From: Vulcanimicrobiota bacterium
Lineage (GTDB): Bacteria > Vulcanimicrobiota > Xenobia > Xenobiales > JADMJV01
Direction: 5' to 3'
NCBI GenBank assembly: GCA_050250895.1
Contig: JBFWNU010000001.1
Span: 3,186,981 to 3,250,980, forward strand
DNA: 64,000 nt
Below, one piece after another: positions 55,767-64,000 of this stretch; position 1 is the first letter of the stretch; each line of letters opens with the position of its first letter. The position numbers were made by a program, and so were the translations under genes. The notes beneath the pieces are model-generated. The model was given only the letters and a program-made list of their open reading frames with translations. It searched no databases and was not told the origin of the DNA.

Positions 55767-56866
55767 GCCTCGATGGGGACAGGGTGGTCTCCGACCACCA
55801 GCCAGCCGTCTTGCTCTTCGAGTTTGGGCGGCTCGGGCAGGCTGGCCAGATACTCCTCGAAGGTCAGGCCTTCGTAGGCCGAAAGGCTGTTATCTTGATT
55901 GCCCGAGTAGACAATTCCGTTGGGGCCGATGGCCGGGTCGGACACGATCGTGGCGCTCGAGGGAGTGAAGGTCTCCTGGCGCCATAAGATCAAGCCTTTC
56001 GGGCTAAAGGCCCACAGATCGCGCGCAAAGTCGCGGGCTACGATGGTGCCGTCGGCCCCCACCACGGGGGTGGTCACCAGCGCTTTGTCGGTGGTCGCAC
56101 TCCAGAGCTTCTGGCCTTCGGGCGAGAAGCAGTCCAGGCCGCCCTCCGTCGACGAGACGAAGATCCTTCCCTCACGGTCGACGCTGGGCCCGGCCTCATG
56201 CGGAGTGTGGGCCTCGGTCTCCCAGCGCACCTCACCGGTCTCGGGGTCGAAAGCCACCAGCTTCTTCCACTGGGCCTGCAACACACTGCCGTCGCGCCCG
56301 ATGGCTAATGGACCCTGATAGACCTGCTTGGTGTCGACGGTCCAGAGCGCCTCGCCGGTCTCGGGCGAGAGCGCCGAGATGTGGCCGGTACTGTCGGCTA
56401 CGTAAACGTGCTTGCCAATGACCGGCTGGGACTTGACGCCGGTCTCCGTCTGGTAGCGCCACTTCTCGCTGCCGTCGGGGTTGAGAGCCAGCAGCAACCG
56501 TGAGGTCGAGCCCACATAGATGGTGCCATCGGGTCCCACGGCCGGTTCGGCAAATCCGCCCCAGCCCTCGCTGAACTGCCACCGCGGCTGGCCCTGGCGA
56601 TCGAAGGCCATGAGCTTGTTCTCGTGAGTGGCCAGATAGAGCGATTGACCGTCGGGTGAGGCGGCCGGACGCTGGGTGGAAAAGCCGGCCGGTTGGCTCC
56701 ACAGGCGATGCCCCTCGAGGTCATAGGCCTGCAGCGTCTTGTCGGCGCAGCTGACGATGACCTGGTCTTCGATGACCAGGGGCTCGTAGGTCCACCCCGA
56801 GGTTTCGGTCTTCCAAAGCGTGCGGGCCGGAAGCCGACCGCCGCGTTCGATCAGCTCAAGGTTCAT
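55763..56866 (-). CDS. PQQ-like (BamB-type) beta-propeller protein
   Basis: Repeated PAVGPDGTIYVG / AL-x-PDG-xx-KW blades. Confidence 0.85.
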   Translation of the reverse strand: MNLELIERGGRLPARTLWKTETSGWTYEPLVIEDQVIVSCADKTLQAYDLEGHRLWSQPAGFSTQRPAASPDGQSLYLATHENKLMAFDRQGQPRWQFSEGWGGFAEPAVGPDGTIYVGSTSRLLLALNPDGSEKWRYQTETGVKSQPVIGKHVYVADSTGHISALSPETGEALWTVDTKQVYQGPLAIGRDGSVLQAQWKKLVAFDPETGEVRWETEAHTPHEAGPSVDREGRIFVSSTEGGLDCFSPEGQKLWSATTDKALVTTPVVGADGTIVARDFARDLWAFSPKGLILWRQETFTPSSATIVSDPAIGPNGIVYSGNQDNSLSAYEGLTFEEYLASLPEPPKLEEQDGWLVVGDHPVPIEA

Positions 56867-56957
56867 TCGCGGGCAGCTTAGTGCGCGGGTATTGCCAGTC
56901 TGCGATCGGGTTTGTTAAACCACGGACAAGTCGCGACGACGGTTACGTCTCATCGTC

Positions 56958-57569
56958 TTACTCTTCGGCGAGCAGGTAGGAGAAGGGCACGGGGGGCTCG
57001 AGCTTCTGGTCGCCCCAGGGAAAGCTGACCACCAGTTTGTTCTTGTCGGCTCGCACGGGCAGTTCGGCCACCGGCTCGGGGACCCCGTAGAAGGCAGTGG
57101 GTTGGGCCACGCCGGCCATGAGCTGGCCGTTGGGAGTCATCTCGATGACGGTGAGCAAGCCCTGGTCGAGATGCGGGTTGCGGGCCCACAGGCGAACCCG
57201 ATGCCCGTCGGTCTCTTGACTCATGTCGTTGGTGTTGATCTGGACACCACTGACCTCGCTCTGGCCCGGACCGTGGAGGTTGATGGGATGCTTGTAGAGA
57301 GCTTCGACCGTTCCCGCCGGCTCGCTGCGCCAGAAAGGCGTGACGCTCTTGCCGCGGGGGTCCGAGACCGAAAGTTGGCCACGCTCGGCGCGCACCGTGG
57401 CGCCGCTGGCGAAATTAACCTGGACGGCGTCGACGCGCTCGGCGGTGGCCTGACCGTTGACCTCGAGCACCTGACCCGAGGTGTCGAAGGAGCGAATCTG
57501 ACCCTGGCCGGGAAGGCTGCGGGTGGCGTTGACAAACCGGGGGCTGGCGTACTCCTGCGTCAATCTCAC
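56958..57569 (-). CDS. Hypothetical protein
   Basis: GTG 6 nt after TAGAAT (leaderless-like). Confidence 0.65.
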   Translation of the reverse strand: MRLTQEYASPRFVNATRSLPGQGQIRSFDTSGQVLEVNGQATAERVDAVQVNFASGATVRAERGQLSVSDPRGKSVTPFWRSEPAGTVEALYKHPINLHGPGQSEVSGVQINTNDMSQETDGHRVRLWARNPHLDQGLLTVIEMTPNGQLMAGVAQPTAFYGVPEPVAELPVRADKNKLVVSFPWGDQKLEPPVPFSYLLAEE

Positions 57570-57640
57570 AGTCCGATTCTAGGACCTGATGACTGGGAGA
57601 AGGCTGGCCGCCGACCGGGTTTGTTAAGAGATTGTAAACT

Positions 57641-57841
57641 CTACGACGGCTTGCCGCAGCACTTCTTGTATTTCTTGCCGCTTTGACAGGGACACGGATC
57701 GTTGCGACCGACCTTGGGGGTGGCCCGCACAAAGGGAGCGTTGTGGTGGTGGTGATGGTGCGAGTGGCTGTGGTCGCACCAGGGACCGTGCTCGTGCTCG
57801 TCTTCTTCGTCTTCTTGAGGTTTGTTATCGGCGTCTGACAT
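57641..57841 (-). CDS. SEC-C motif metal-binding protein with His-rich segment
   Basis: [15 protein letters not shown]; [20 protein letters not shown]. Confidence 0.9.
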   Translation of the reverse strand: MSDADNKPQEDEEDEHEHGPWCDHSHSHHHHHHNAPFVRATPKVGRNDPCPCQSGKKYKKCCGKPS

Positions 57842-57876
57842 GCTCGAGAAATTGGTTGCGTCGTAGCTGTTCCCCT

Positions 57877-58482
57877 TCACCAGGGAAACTGCATGTGGAT
57901 CTGGTTGTCGAGGGCCAGATCGAGAGCCTGGCGGATAAAGTCGGCGTAGAGTTCGAGGAAATAGTCGGCTTCGTAAGCCCGGGCCGAGCTCTCACCGCCC
58001 GAGAGCCACCACAGCAGCATGCAGGCGGGAGCTAACCGGTCGCGGCGGCCGTCGCGGCCGCGGGCCGAAAAGGTGCGCACCACGTAGTCGACCTTTTCCA
58101 GTTCGCGAGGGCTGAGCACGGCCAGGGTGGCCATCCGCACCAACAGATTGGCCATCTCGGGCAGCCCGCTCTTCTTGGCAGCGAACTTGTAGAGATAGGC
58201 AATGCCAAACGACAGGAAGGCCTTCTCGGTTTCGTGGTGGCGAATGCGGGTGGGTCCGGCGCGCTCGACCCGGTCGCGAAAGGCCCCGGCCGTGCGCGGC
58301 GAACGCGCCATGATGCACACCAGAGCCAGCACCGTGGGCAGGGCGTGAAGATAGGTTTGACCCGGACCATCGGGCGGAACGCCGTAACGGGCCAGGATCT
58401 GGTGAGCCTCGGGCATGCGCAGGACTTTATTCTCGATCTCGAGGCGCTGTTTCTCGAACAGCTGCAGAAAACTGTCGGACAT
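57877..58482 (-). CDS. Hypothetical protein
   Basis: ORF 57877..58584; ATG 58482 preferred to avoid overlap with divergent promoter. Confidence 0.6.
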   Translation of the reverse strand: MSDSFLQLFEKQRLEIENKVLRMPEAHQILARYGVPPDGPGQTYLHALPTVLALVCIMARSPRTAGAFRDRVERAGPTRIRHHETEKAFLSFGIAYLYKFAAKKSGLPEMANLLVRMATLAVLSPRELEKVDYVVRTFSARGRDGRRDRLAPACMLLWWLSGGESSARAYEADYFLELYADFIRQALDLALDNQIHMQFPW

Positions 58483-58515
58483 GGCCGCCTGTTTCGACGA
58501 CTTTTCGAGGCGGCC

Positions 58516-58548
58516 TTTCATGTTTTTTTTATGGCCTCGCGGTATGCT
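58516..58548 (+). promoter_or_regulatory. Class I direct-repeat promoter
   Basis: TTTCAT-N5-TTTTAT-N10-TATGCT. Confidence 0.55.
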
Positions 58549-58561
58549 CGCGGGAGCATTC

Positions 58562-59869
58562 ATGAAGATCAGCGGCCGCGCCATAGTCGACTACACCCGG
58601 CCCCGCATCGATCGCGAAAAAGGCATCGATACCAGCGGGGATAGTCCCGTTCTGCAACCGGGCCCCGGCGAGATCGCCGGCGGCGTGCAAGGCTATCTCA
58701 TGGGCCAGTTGCCGGGCGCCATCGGCGGCGTGGTCGGAGCCTACACAGGCCGTCTGGTCAGCCAGCAGAGCGATTCCAAGATTCTCAAGTTTTCGGCCAG
58801 CACCCTGGCCGGCGCCGCCCTGTCTACGGCCACCGCTGCCGGTCTGGCGGCCCTGACCGGAGCAGGCGCCACCGTGCCGGCGCTGGCGGCCACCGCCGTG
58901 GTGGGTGGACTGGCCGGTCTTTCCGGCTCCCTGGCCAGCGAGCCGGGCGGGACCGGCATCATGTCGGGTGGTATTCAAGGCTTCATTTCTAATCGGATTT
59001 CGGGGGCGGCTTCTGGCTCGATCGGCGGCTACGTCGGCGTGCGAGCCGGCGTCAAGACAGGCTCTACCGAGCTTGCCGTCTTGACCGGAAGCCTGGCGGG
59101 AGCGGCCGTGGGGGCTGCTTCGACGGCTGGACTGGCCGCCCTTGCCGGGCAGGTGCTTCCCTGGCAGGTCGCTGCCGGCTCAGCCCTGTTGGGTGGATTC
59201 GCGGGCGCCGTCGGCACTCTGGCCGGCAGCATGCGTTCGGCCCCGCGCGATGCCGTCTACGGCGGGATGGTGGCCGGGATGATCGGAGCTTCTTACACCG
59301 GCAATCCAGCGCTCGGCATCGCCGGAGCGGCGGCGGCGGGCTATGCCGCCCGCGCCAAGACCCGGACCGGGCAGCTAGTGTTGGGAACGCTGGTCGGCGC
59401 AGGGGCGGGATTCGTGGCCGGCTTGCCCGGTGGGCTTGAAACAGCGGCCATGAGCGCCCTGGCGGGAGCGGTCATCGCCCCCGTCGGCAGCATCGGCGGA
59501 ACGGCCGTGCGCCAGGTGATGCGCAACGGCCAGGTCGACCTCATCGAGGGGATCAACTCCAAGTGGATCGATCCCTACCTGGCCAAGAACAAGATCGGTG
59601 ACAAGACCAAGATTGCGGCCGGCGCCGCCGCCGGAGGCATCCTGCTAGGCTCGCTCGGTATGGTGGGCGGGCTCGAGGGCGTGGCCGTGATGGGCGGAAT
59701 CGGCGCGGTGGTGGGGGCCTATCAGACCCACAAGCTGATCACGACCGTCAAAAAGCAGCGCGACGCCCAGGCGGTGGTGCGCGAGTATATGCCCATCCCG
59801 GCGGCCATGGCTCACGTGCTCGAGCACCAGAAGGCCATCGCCGATGGACGCAAGCCCGCTGGGGCTTGA
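58562..59869 (+). CDS. Multi-glycine-zipper membrane protein
   Basis: GGGAG RBS, MKISGR; about 350 aa of GxxxG/AxxxG helices. Confidence 0.75.
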   Translation: MKISGRAIVDYTRPRIDREKGIDTSGDSPVLQPGPGEIAGGVQGYLMGQLPGAIGGVVGAYTGRLVSQQSDSKILKFSASTLAGAALSTATAAGLAALTGAGATVPALAATAVVGGLAGLSGSLASEPGGTGIMSGGIQGFISNRISGAASGSIGGYVGVRAGVKTGSTELAVLTGSLAGAAVGAASTAGLAALAGQVLPWQVAAGSALLGGFAGAVGTLAGSMRSAPRDAVYGGMVAGMIGASYTGNPALGIAGAAAAGYAARAKTRTGQLVLGTLVGAGAGFVAGLPGGLETAAMSALAGAVIAPVGSIGGTAVRQVMRNGQVDLIEGINSKWIDPYLAKNKIGDKTKIAAGAAAGGILLGSLGMVGGLEGVAVMGGIGAVVGAYQTHKLITTVKKQRDAQAVVREYMPIPAAMAHVLEHQKAIADGRKPAGA

Positions 59870-59901
59870 GTCTCGAACGCCTTTTCGTGTAAGCTTTCCC
59901 A

Positions 59902-60816
59902 ATGGAGAAGATTCGCCTGGTGGCGATGGTGGGGGTAATTCTACTGATGGTGGGATGCGCTCGGCCGCGCCAGCAACGTGCGACCGGTGGCGAGCCGACC
60001 TCTGACCTCTTGCAGCGCGCCGCCCGGGTGGTCCACGACCACGACCTCGAAGGCTTGAGTCAGTTGCTCGATGAGCATCCCGAGGTGCTCACTCCCATCG
60101 GCGGCCGCATCTACCCTCTCGAGTTGGCTATCGAGACCGACCAACCCGAAGTGGCCAGCCTGCTGCTGGCTCGTGGGCTCAACCCAAACTTGAAGGACGA
60201 ACAGGGCGACACTCCCCTGCATCGGGCCCTGAGCGGGCGCGGTCGTGTTCTACGAGTGCTTTTGAAGGCGGGCGCCTCGCCCGAGCAGGTCGACCGAGAA
60301 GGGCGCACCCCGCTCCACCGGGCCGCAGCCCTGGGCATGGTCGAAGCGGCCCGCCAACTGCTGGAGGCCGGGGCCAATCCTGAGACCACAGACCAGTCAG
60401 GCAACACGCCTCTCCATCTGGCCGCCGAGGCCGACGAAGAACTGATCGACCTCCTGCTCTATCACCACGCTGATCTCGAAGCCACCAACCACGAGCAACA
60501 AACCGCTCTCTATCGGGCCACTCTCGCGGGCAAGCCGGACTGCGTGGCGCTGCTGTTAGCTCGGGGCGCGAAACTAAGCGTGACGCCCTCGCCGCTGGCG
60601 GTCGCCCACGAGAAGCTCGAACAAGCGCGCACGAGCCCTACCGACGGGTTCGACCAGGAGGTGCTGGAGATGGTCGCCGAGGAAATCAAAAACCGGACCA
60701 TCTGCGTGAACCTGCTGGAACAATCCGGCAACGTTCGTGTCGGTAGCCCGGCCGATGAAGACCCGTTCGCCGTTCCTCCGGTAGAGGTCTGGCCCTGGTA
60801 TCAGTCGCGGTCGTGA
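59902..60816 (+). CDS. Ankyrin-repeat lipoprotein
   Basis: MVGC lipobox; GDTPLH, GRTPLH, GNTPLH repeats. Confidence 0.85.
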   Translation: MEKIRLVAMVGVILLMVGCARPRQQRATGGEPTSDLLQRAARVVHDHDLEGLSQLLDEHPEVLTPIGGRIYPLELAIETDQPEVASLLLARGLNPNLKDEQGDTPLHRALSGRGRVLRVLLKAGASPEQVDREGRTPLHRAAALGMVEAARQLLEAGANPETTDQSGNTPLHLAAEADEELIDLLLYHHADLEATNHEQQTALYRATLAGKPDCVALLLARGAKLSVTPSPLAVAHEKLEQARTSPTDGFDQEVLEMVAEEIKNRTICVNLLEQSGNVRVGSPADEDPFAVPPVEVWPWYQSRS

Positions 60817-61235
60817 CCGCGGTCACGATGGCGACGATAGCGGCCTTTGCCGCGACGGCCGCCGCCGCCACCACCGCCACCGCCGTGGCGACCGCCGCCG
60901 CCACCGCCACCGCCGCCGCCGCGCTCGTTGCCACCGCCGTCATGGTCACCGCGTTGGTGTTGCAGGTAACGACCTTCGGCGAACTCGGGCAGTTCGGCGA
61001 CATCCTCGGCGCTCAGGTTGAGAAAGATTCCGCGGTGCAGGACGCGGCCCACCGAGTTGACCGGGGCCAGGGCGTCGCTGGCGAGCATCATCCCCTTTTC
61101 CAGGACCAGGTGAGAGACGCTGGCCGTGTCGGGGTTGACCACCATAAAGCGGAGGCGGCCAATCTTCTCGCCGTTTCGAGTGTATACGTTGGAACCCACA
61201 TGGAGTTCCGGACTGTTCTGCTGAGCGGTTGCCAC
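60801..61235 (-). CDS. PRC-barrel protein with Gly/Arg-rich tail
   Basis: GSNVYTRNGEKIGRL...VSHLVL...LNLSAEDVAELPEF. Confidence 0.75.
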   Translation of the reverse strand: MATAQQNSPELHVGSNVYTRNGEKIGRLRFMVVNPDTASVSHLVLEKGMMLASDALAPVNSVGRVLHRGIFLNLSAEDVAELPEFAEGRYLQHQRGDHDGGGNERGGGGGGGGGGRHGGGGGGGGGRRGKGRYRRHRDRGHDRD

Positions 61236-61380
61236 TTACTAGACTCCTCTATTGCGATTGTGGCCGCCCCTCTTCGACCCAGGGCCCCGAAATCCCCTCG
61301 TTTGCGGTTGCACGTGTCGAAAAGGATTCCGTTAGGAGATCCTGGAACGATGCTACAAACCCCAGGTCGGAGGCTTTCCT

Positions 61381-62478
61381 TTGGATTTTAATGTGAACAT
61401 ACTCCTTATGGAGATGGTTCAACAGGGCGGTTCAGACTTACTTTTGGCTGCCGGCTATCACCCGGCCATGAGAAAGTACGGAACGCTCGTCAGTCAGACC
61501 GACCGACCCAAGATGAGCATCGAAGACATCGACAAGATTCTCGTTCAGCTACTCTCCGACAGCGAACTTGAAGTTTTCCGCCAGCAGCAAGACATGGACT
61601 TTGCCTACCAAATCGAGCTTCCCGGCGAGGGGTTCTGCCGTTTCCGTGCCAACGCATTCGTGCAACGCCACGGCCCCAGTCTGGTGTTTCGCAGTATCTC
61701 ACGGCGCATTCCCACCCTGGCCGAGCTGGGGCTACCCGAGGTGTTGGGCAAGCAGCTGATGGAGTTTCATCAGGGGTTCGTGCTGGTGACCGGTCCCACC
61801 GGCGCCGGCAAGACCTCGACTCTCGCGGCTTTGATCGACTACGCTAACCGCACCCGGCCACTCAACATCATCACCCTCGAAGACCCCATCGAGTTCGTGC
61901 ACGTGCCCAAGCGCAGCCTGGTCGTGCAGCGCCAGGTCGGTATGCATTGCGATTCTTACGCCTCGGCCCTGCGAGCCTGTCTGCGCGAAGACCCCGACGT
62001 TATTCTCGTGGGTGAGCTGCGGGATCAAGAGACGATCTCGCTGTCGATCACTGCGGCCGAAACGGGCCATCTGGTGCTGGCCACCATGAACACCATTTCG
62101 GCTGCCCAGACCATCAACCGTCTGGTCAACGCCTTCCCGCCCCGCCAACAAGCTCAGATCCGGATGATGCTGGCCGACTCACTGCGCGGTATCGTATCGC
62201 AGCAACTGCTGCCGCGGGCCGATAATACCGGCCGGGCTGCGGCCGTCGAGATCTTGCTGGCCACGCAGGCCCTTTCCAACCTGATTCGCGAGAACAAGAT
62301 GCACCAGGTCAACTCGGTCATCCAGACTTCTACCAAGAAGGGCATGAAGATGATGGACGAGAGCCTGCTCGAACTGGTGCGCAGCGGCACCGTAGAAACG
62401 CAAGAGGCCATCGACCGGGCCCACGACAAGAACAGCTTTATCGAGCGCGTCAAGCTCGCCGGAGGTAGTGTCATTTGA
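61381..62478 (+). CDS. pilT: Type IV pilus retraction ATPase
   Basis: GPTGAGKT, TLEDPIE, REDPDVILVGELRD, AETGHLV. Confidence 0.9.
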   Translation: MDFNVNILLMEMVQQGGSDLLLAAGYHPAMRKYGTLVSQTDRPKMSIEDIDKILVQLLSDSELEVFRQQQDMDFAYQIELPGEGFCRFRANAFVQRHGPSLVFRSISRRIPTLAELGLPEVLGKQLMEFHQGFVLVTGPTGAGKTSTLAALIDYANRTRPLNIITLEDPIEFVHVPKRSLVVQRQVGMHCDSYASALRACLREDPDVILVGELRDQETISLSITAAETGHLVLATMNTISAAQTINRLVNAFPPRQQAQIRMMLADSLRGIVSQQLLPRADNTGRAAAVEILLATQALSNLIRENKMHQVNSVIQTSTKKGMKMMDESLLELVRSGTVETQEAIDRAHDKNSFIERVKLAGGSVI

Positions 62479-63575
62479 TCTCTCGTTCCCCCACTCTCGA
62501 TCAGTATCTAACTCTCACCGTTGACCGGGGCAGCTCCGACCTTCACTTGCAAACCGGCGCGCCGCCGGCTATCCGCACCCTCGGCCAGATCGAGTTCCTG
62601 GACCAGCCGCCTCTGGACCACGCCATGATGGAGGCGATGGTCAGCGAGGTGCTCGACGACGGCTACTTCGATGTCTTGTTCTCGACCGGTAGCGTCGACT
62701 TTGCTTACGAGGTGCCCGAACTGGCTCGTTTTCGCGCCAACTTCTTGCTGCAACACTACGGCTATGGCGCCGTCTTGCGCGTGATCCCGTCGCGTATTCC
62801 GACCCTGGAAGAGCTCGACTTGCCCGAGATTCTCTACGAGATCTGTAATTTCAACAAGGGCCTGGTGATCGTCACCGGACCGACCGGTTCGGGTAAGTCC
62901 ACTACTCTGGCGGCTATGGTCAACCACATCAACCAGACTCGCCCGGTGCACATCATCACCATCGAAGACCCGATCGAGTTCGCTCACCCTTCGCTCAAGT
63001 CGATGATCCAGCAGCGCCAAGTGGGCATTCATGCCCAGAGCTTCGCTCAGGCCTTGCGCGCCGCCCTGCGCGAATCTCCCGATATCGTGCTGGTGGGCGA
63101 GATGCGCGACCTCGAGACGATCAGCCAGGCCATCAGCGCCGCCGAAACGGGCCACCTCGTGTTCGGAACGCTGCACACCAACTCGGCCTCCAAGACCGTC
63201 GACCGTATCATCGACGTCTTCCCGGCTGACTCTCAGGACGGCATTCGCTCGATGCTCAGCGGCACGCTCAAAGCGGTCATCGCCCAACAGCTGGTGCGTA
63301 CCATCGACGGCCAAGGCCGCGTCGCCGTGCAAGAGATCATGGTGGTCAACATGGGTGTGGCCGGCCTGATTCGTGAGGCCAAGACCTCGCAGCTGCCTTC
63401 GTTCATCACCATGGGTTCCCGCGAAGGAATGCAAAGCATGGACCAGCACCTCATCCAGCTTTTCAACGATAAGCGCATCTCCATCGACACCGCCTTCGAG
63501 CGTTGCCACACCCCCAGCACCCTGAAACGGGCCGGGCTGGTCGAGCCTCCGAACTTCAAAGCTCGCAACGAGTAG
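62475..63575 (+). CDS. pilT: Second PilT-family ATPase
   Basis: GPTGSGKST, TIEDPIE, GEMRDLET, AETGHLVFGTLHT; TTGA overlap. Confidence 0.9.
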   Translation: MISRSPTLDQYLTLTVDRGSSDLHLQTGAPPAIRTLGQIEFLDQPPLDHAMMEAMVSEVLDDGYFDVLFSTGSVDFAYEVPELARFRANFLLQHYGYGAVLRVIPSRIPTLEELDLPEILYEICNFNKGLVIVTGPTGSGKSTTLAAMVNHINQTRPVHIITIEDPIEFAHPSLKSMIQQRQVGIHAQSFAQALRAALRESPDIVLVGEMRDLETISQAISAAETGHLVFGTLHTNSASKTVDRIIDVFPADSQDGIRSMLSGTLKAVIAQQLVRTIDGQGRVAVQEIMVVNMGVAGLIREAKTSQLPSFITMGSREGMQSMDQHLIQLFNDKRISIDTAFERCHTPSTLKRAGLVEPPNFKARNE

Positions 63576-63586
63576 GCGCTCGCGTT

Positions 63587-64000
63587 GCTCGCCAGAGGGG
63601 AGGGCTCGCTGCGCTCGCCAGAGGGGAGGGCTCGCTGCGCTCGCCAGAGAGGAGCGCTGGCTGCGCCAGCGAGGAAGGAGCGGCCTCCGGCTAACGCCTC
63701 GGCCGGGAGAGGAGCGAAGCTCGCTGGGCTCGCTTCGAGTTTTGAGGGACTCGACGCTTCGCGTCGTAACTCTTGCGCGGCTGCGCCGCTCGTCAGAGGG
63801 GAGGGCTCGCTGCGCTCGCCAGAGGGGAGGGCTCGCTGCGCTCGCCAGAGGGGAGGGCTCGCTGCGCTCGCCAGAGAGGAGCGCTGGCTGCGCCAGCGAG
63901 GAAGGAGCGGCCTCCGGCTAACGCCTCGGCCGGGAGAGGAGCGAAGCTCGCTGGGCTCGCTTCGAGTTTTGAGGGACTCGACGCTTCGCGTCGTAACTCT
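63587..64000. repeat. Nested repeat: 26-bp units within a ~200-230-bp hairpin module, two copies (runs off window)
   Basis: Unit GCTCGCCAGAGGGGAGGGCTCGCTGC; each module ends with TCGACGCTTCGCGTCGTAACTCT. Confidence 0.9.

Noticed and set aside
61381-63575. Tandem pilT genes as a novelty
   Set aside because: Paired PilT/PilU-type ATPases are common

Overview
GC-rich bacterial chromosomal window with no prophage, CRISPR array or intact transposase. The protein style loosely resembles Ca. Eremiobacterota/Vulcanimicrobiota (inference only). Recognisable content: a partial DUF4178 gene, a PLD-superfamily enzyme, tRNA-Pro(TGG) and tRNA-Ala(CGC), a 3-hydroxybutyrate permease/dehydrogenase operon, an Fe3+/PotABCD-type ABC transporter, a Ser/Thr kinase-cdd-pilC-clostripain gene string, GH16, SulP, penicillin acylase, an SLC13 permease and tandem pilT genes. 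Best candidate for an undescribed system: a three-gene glycine-zipper operon (32483-36752; two members carry long coiled coils) with dispersed paralogs. It shares an exactly spaced promoter architecture (TTTCAN-N5-TTTHAN-N10-TANNNT) with a PLD gene, another Gly-zipper gene and a truncated duplicate, and many of these and neighbouring proteins have a disordered non-Sec N-terminal leader ending in a D-x-V/F motif. Other signals: intergenic arrays of GNA-triloop hairpins that conserve structure rather than sequence, a 158-bp MITE inserted in a decayed nei gene, a cytidine deaminase homolog with both Zn-ligand Cys replaced by Ser, a probable ACG start for pilC, and an A37 tRNA-Pro. All family assignments come from motif recognition by eye; no searches were run.
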